This document shows, piece by piece, positions 63,952 through 64,000 of a stretch of 64,000 nucleotides of DNA. Position 1 is the stretch's first letter; the number at the start of each line of letters is the position of its first letter. The stretch comes from Mobula birostris (taxonomy: Eukaryota): the NCBI RefSeq assembly GCF_030028105.1, contig NC_092383.1:28659796-28723795 (forward strand). Reading direction: 5' to 3'. The translations under genes were made by a program, and so were the position numbers. The notes beneath the pieces are model-generated. The model searched no databases, was not told where the DNA came from, and saw only the letters and a list, made by a program, of their open reading frames with translations.

Positions 63952-64000
63952 CTTACTACAGTAGAACAAAAGCAATTAATGAGGCATGAAAGAGGAACTG

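Overview
64 kb of vertebrate non-coding DNA, either intergenic or deep intronic. The repeat repertoire (CR1 LINEs with an esterase ORF1, V-SINE and Deu-domain SINEs, Rex1/Babar tails) points to a cartilaginous fish, probably a ray; this is an inference. I recognised no host exon, tRNA, rRNA or CRISPR array, and every long ORF derives from a retroelement. The window holds about 10 CR1 copies or fragments, four decayed Gypsy LTR elements (two Mag-like, one Gmr1-like, one GC-rich lacking RT), a solo LTR, Rex1/Babar 3' ends, SINEs and a Tc1-type MITE, often nested several layers deep. The most notable system is a set of Penelope-like (GIY-YIG) insertions carrying minimal hammerhead ribozymes. The best copy (6235-7958) is a head-to-head double insertion forming a ~745-bp inverted repeat with a perfect 15-bp TSD. 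Related short copies at 12.6 kb and 45.4 kb repeat the ~15-bp TSD, and the 12.6-kb copy also repeats the asymmetric ends. Also present are a second hammerhead-bearing PLE family, a candidate HDV-like ribozyme at an RTE 5' end, and an unexplained 78-nt hairpin in unique DNA. All coordinates and alignments were read by eye.
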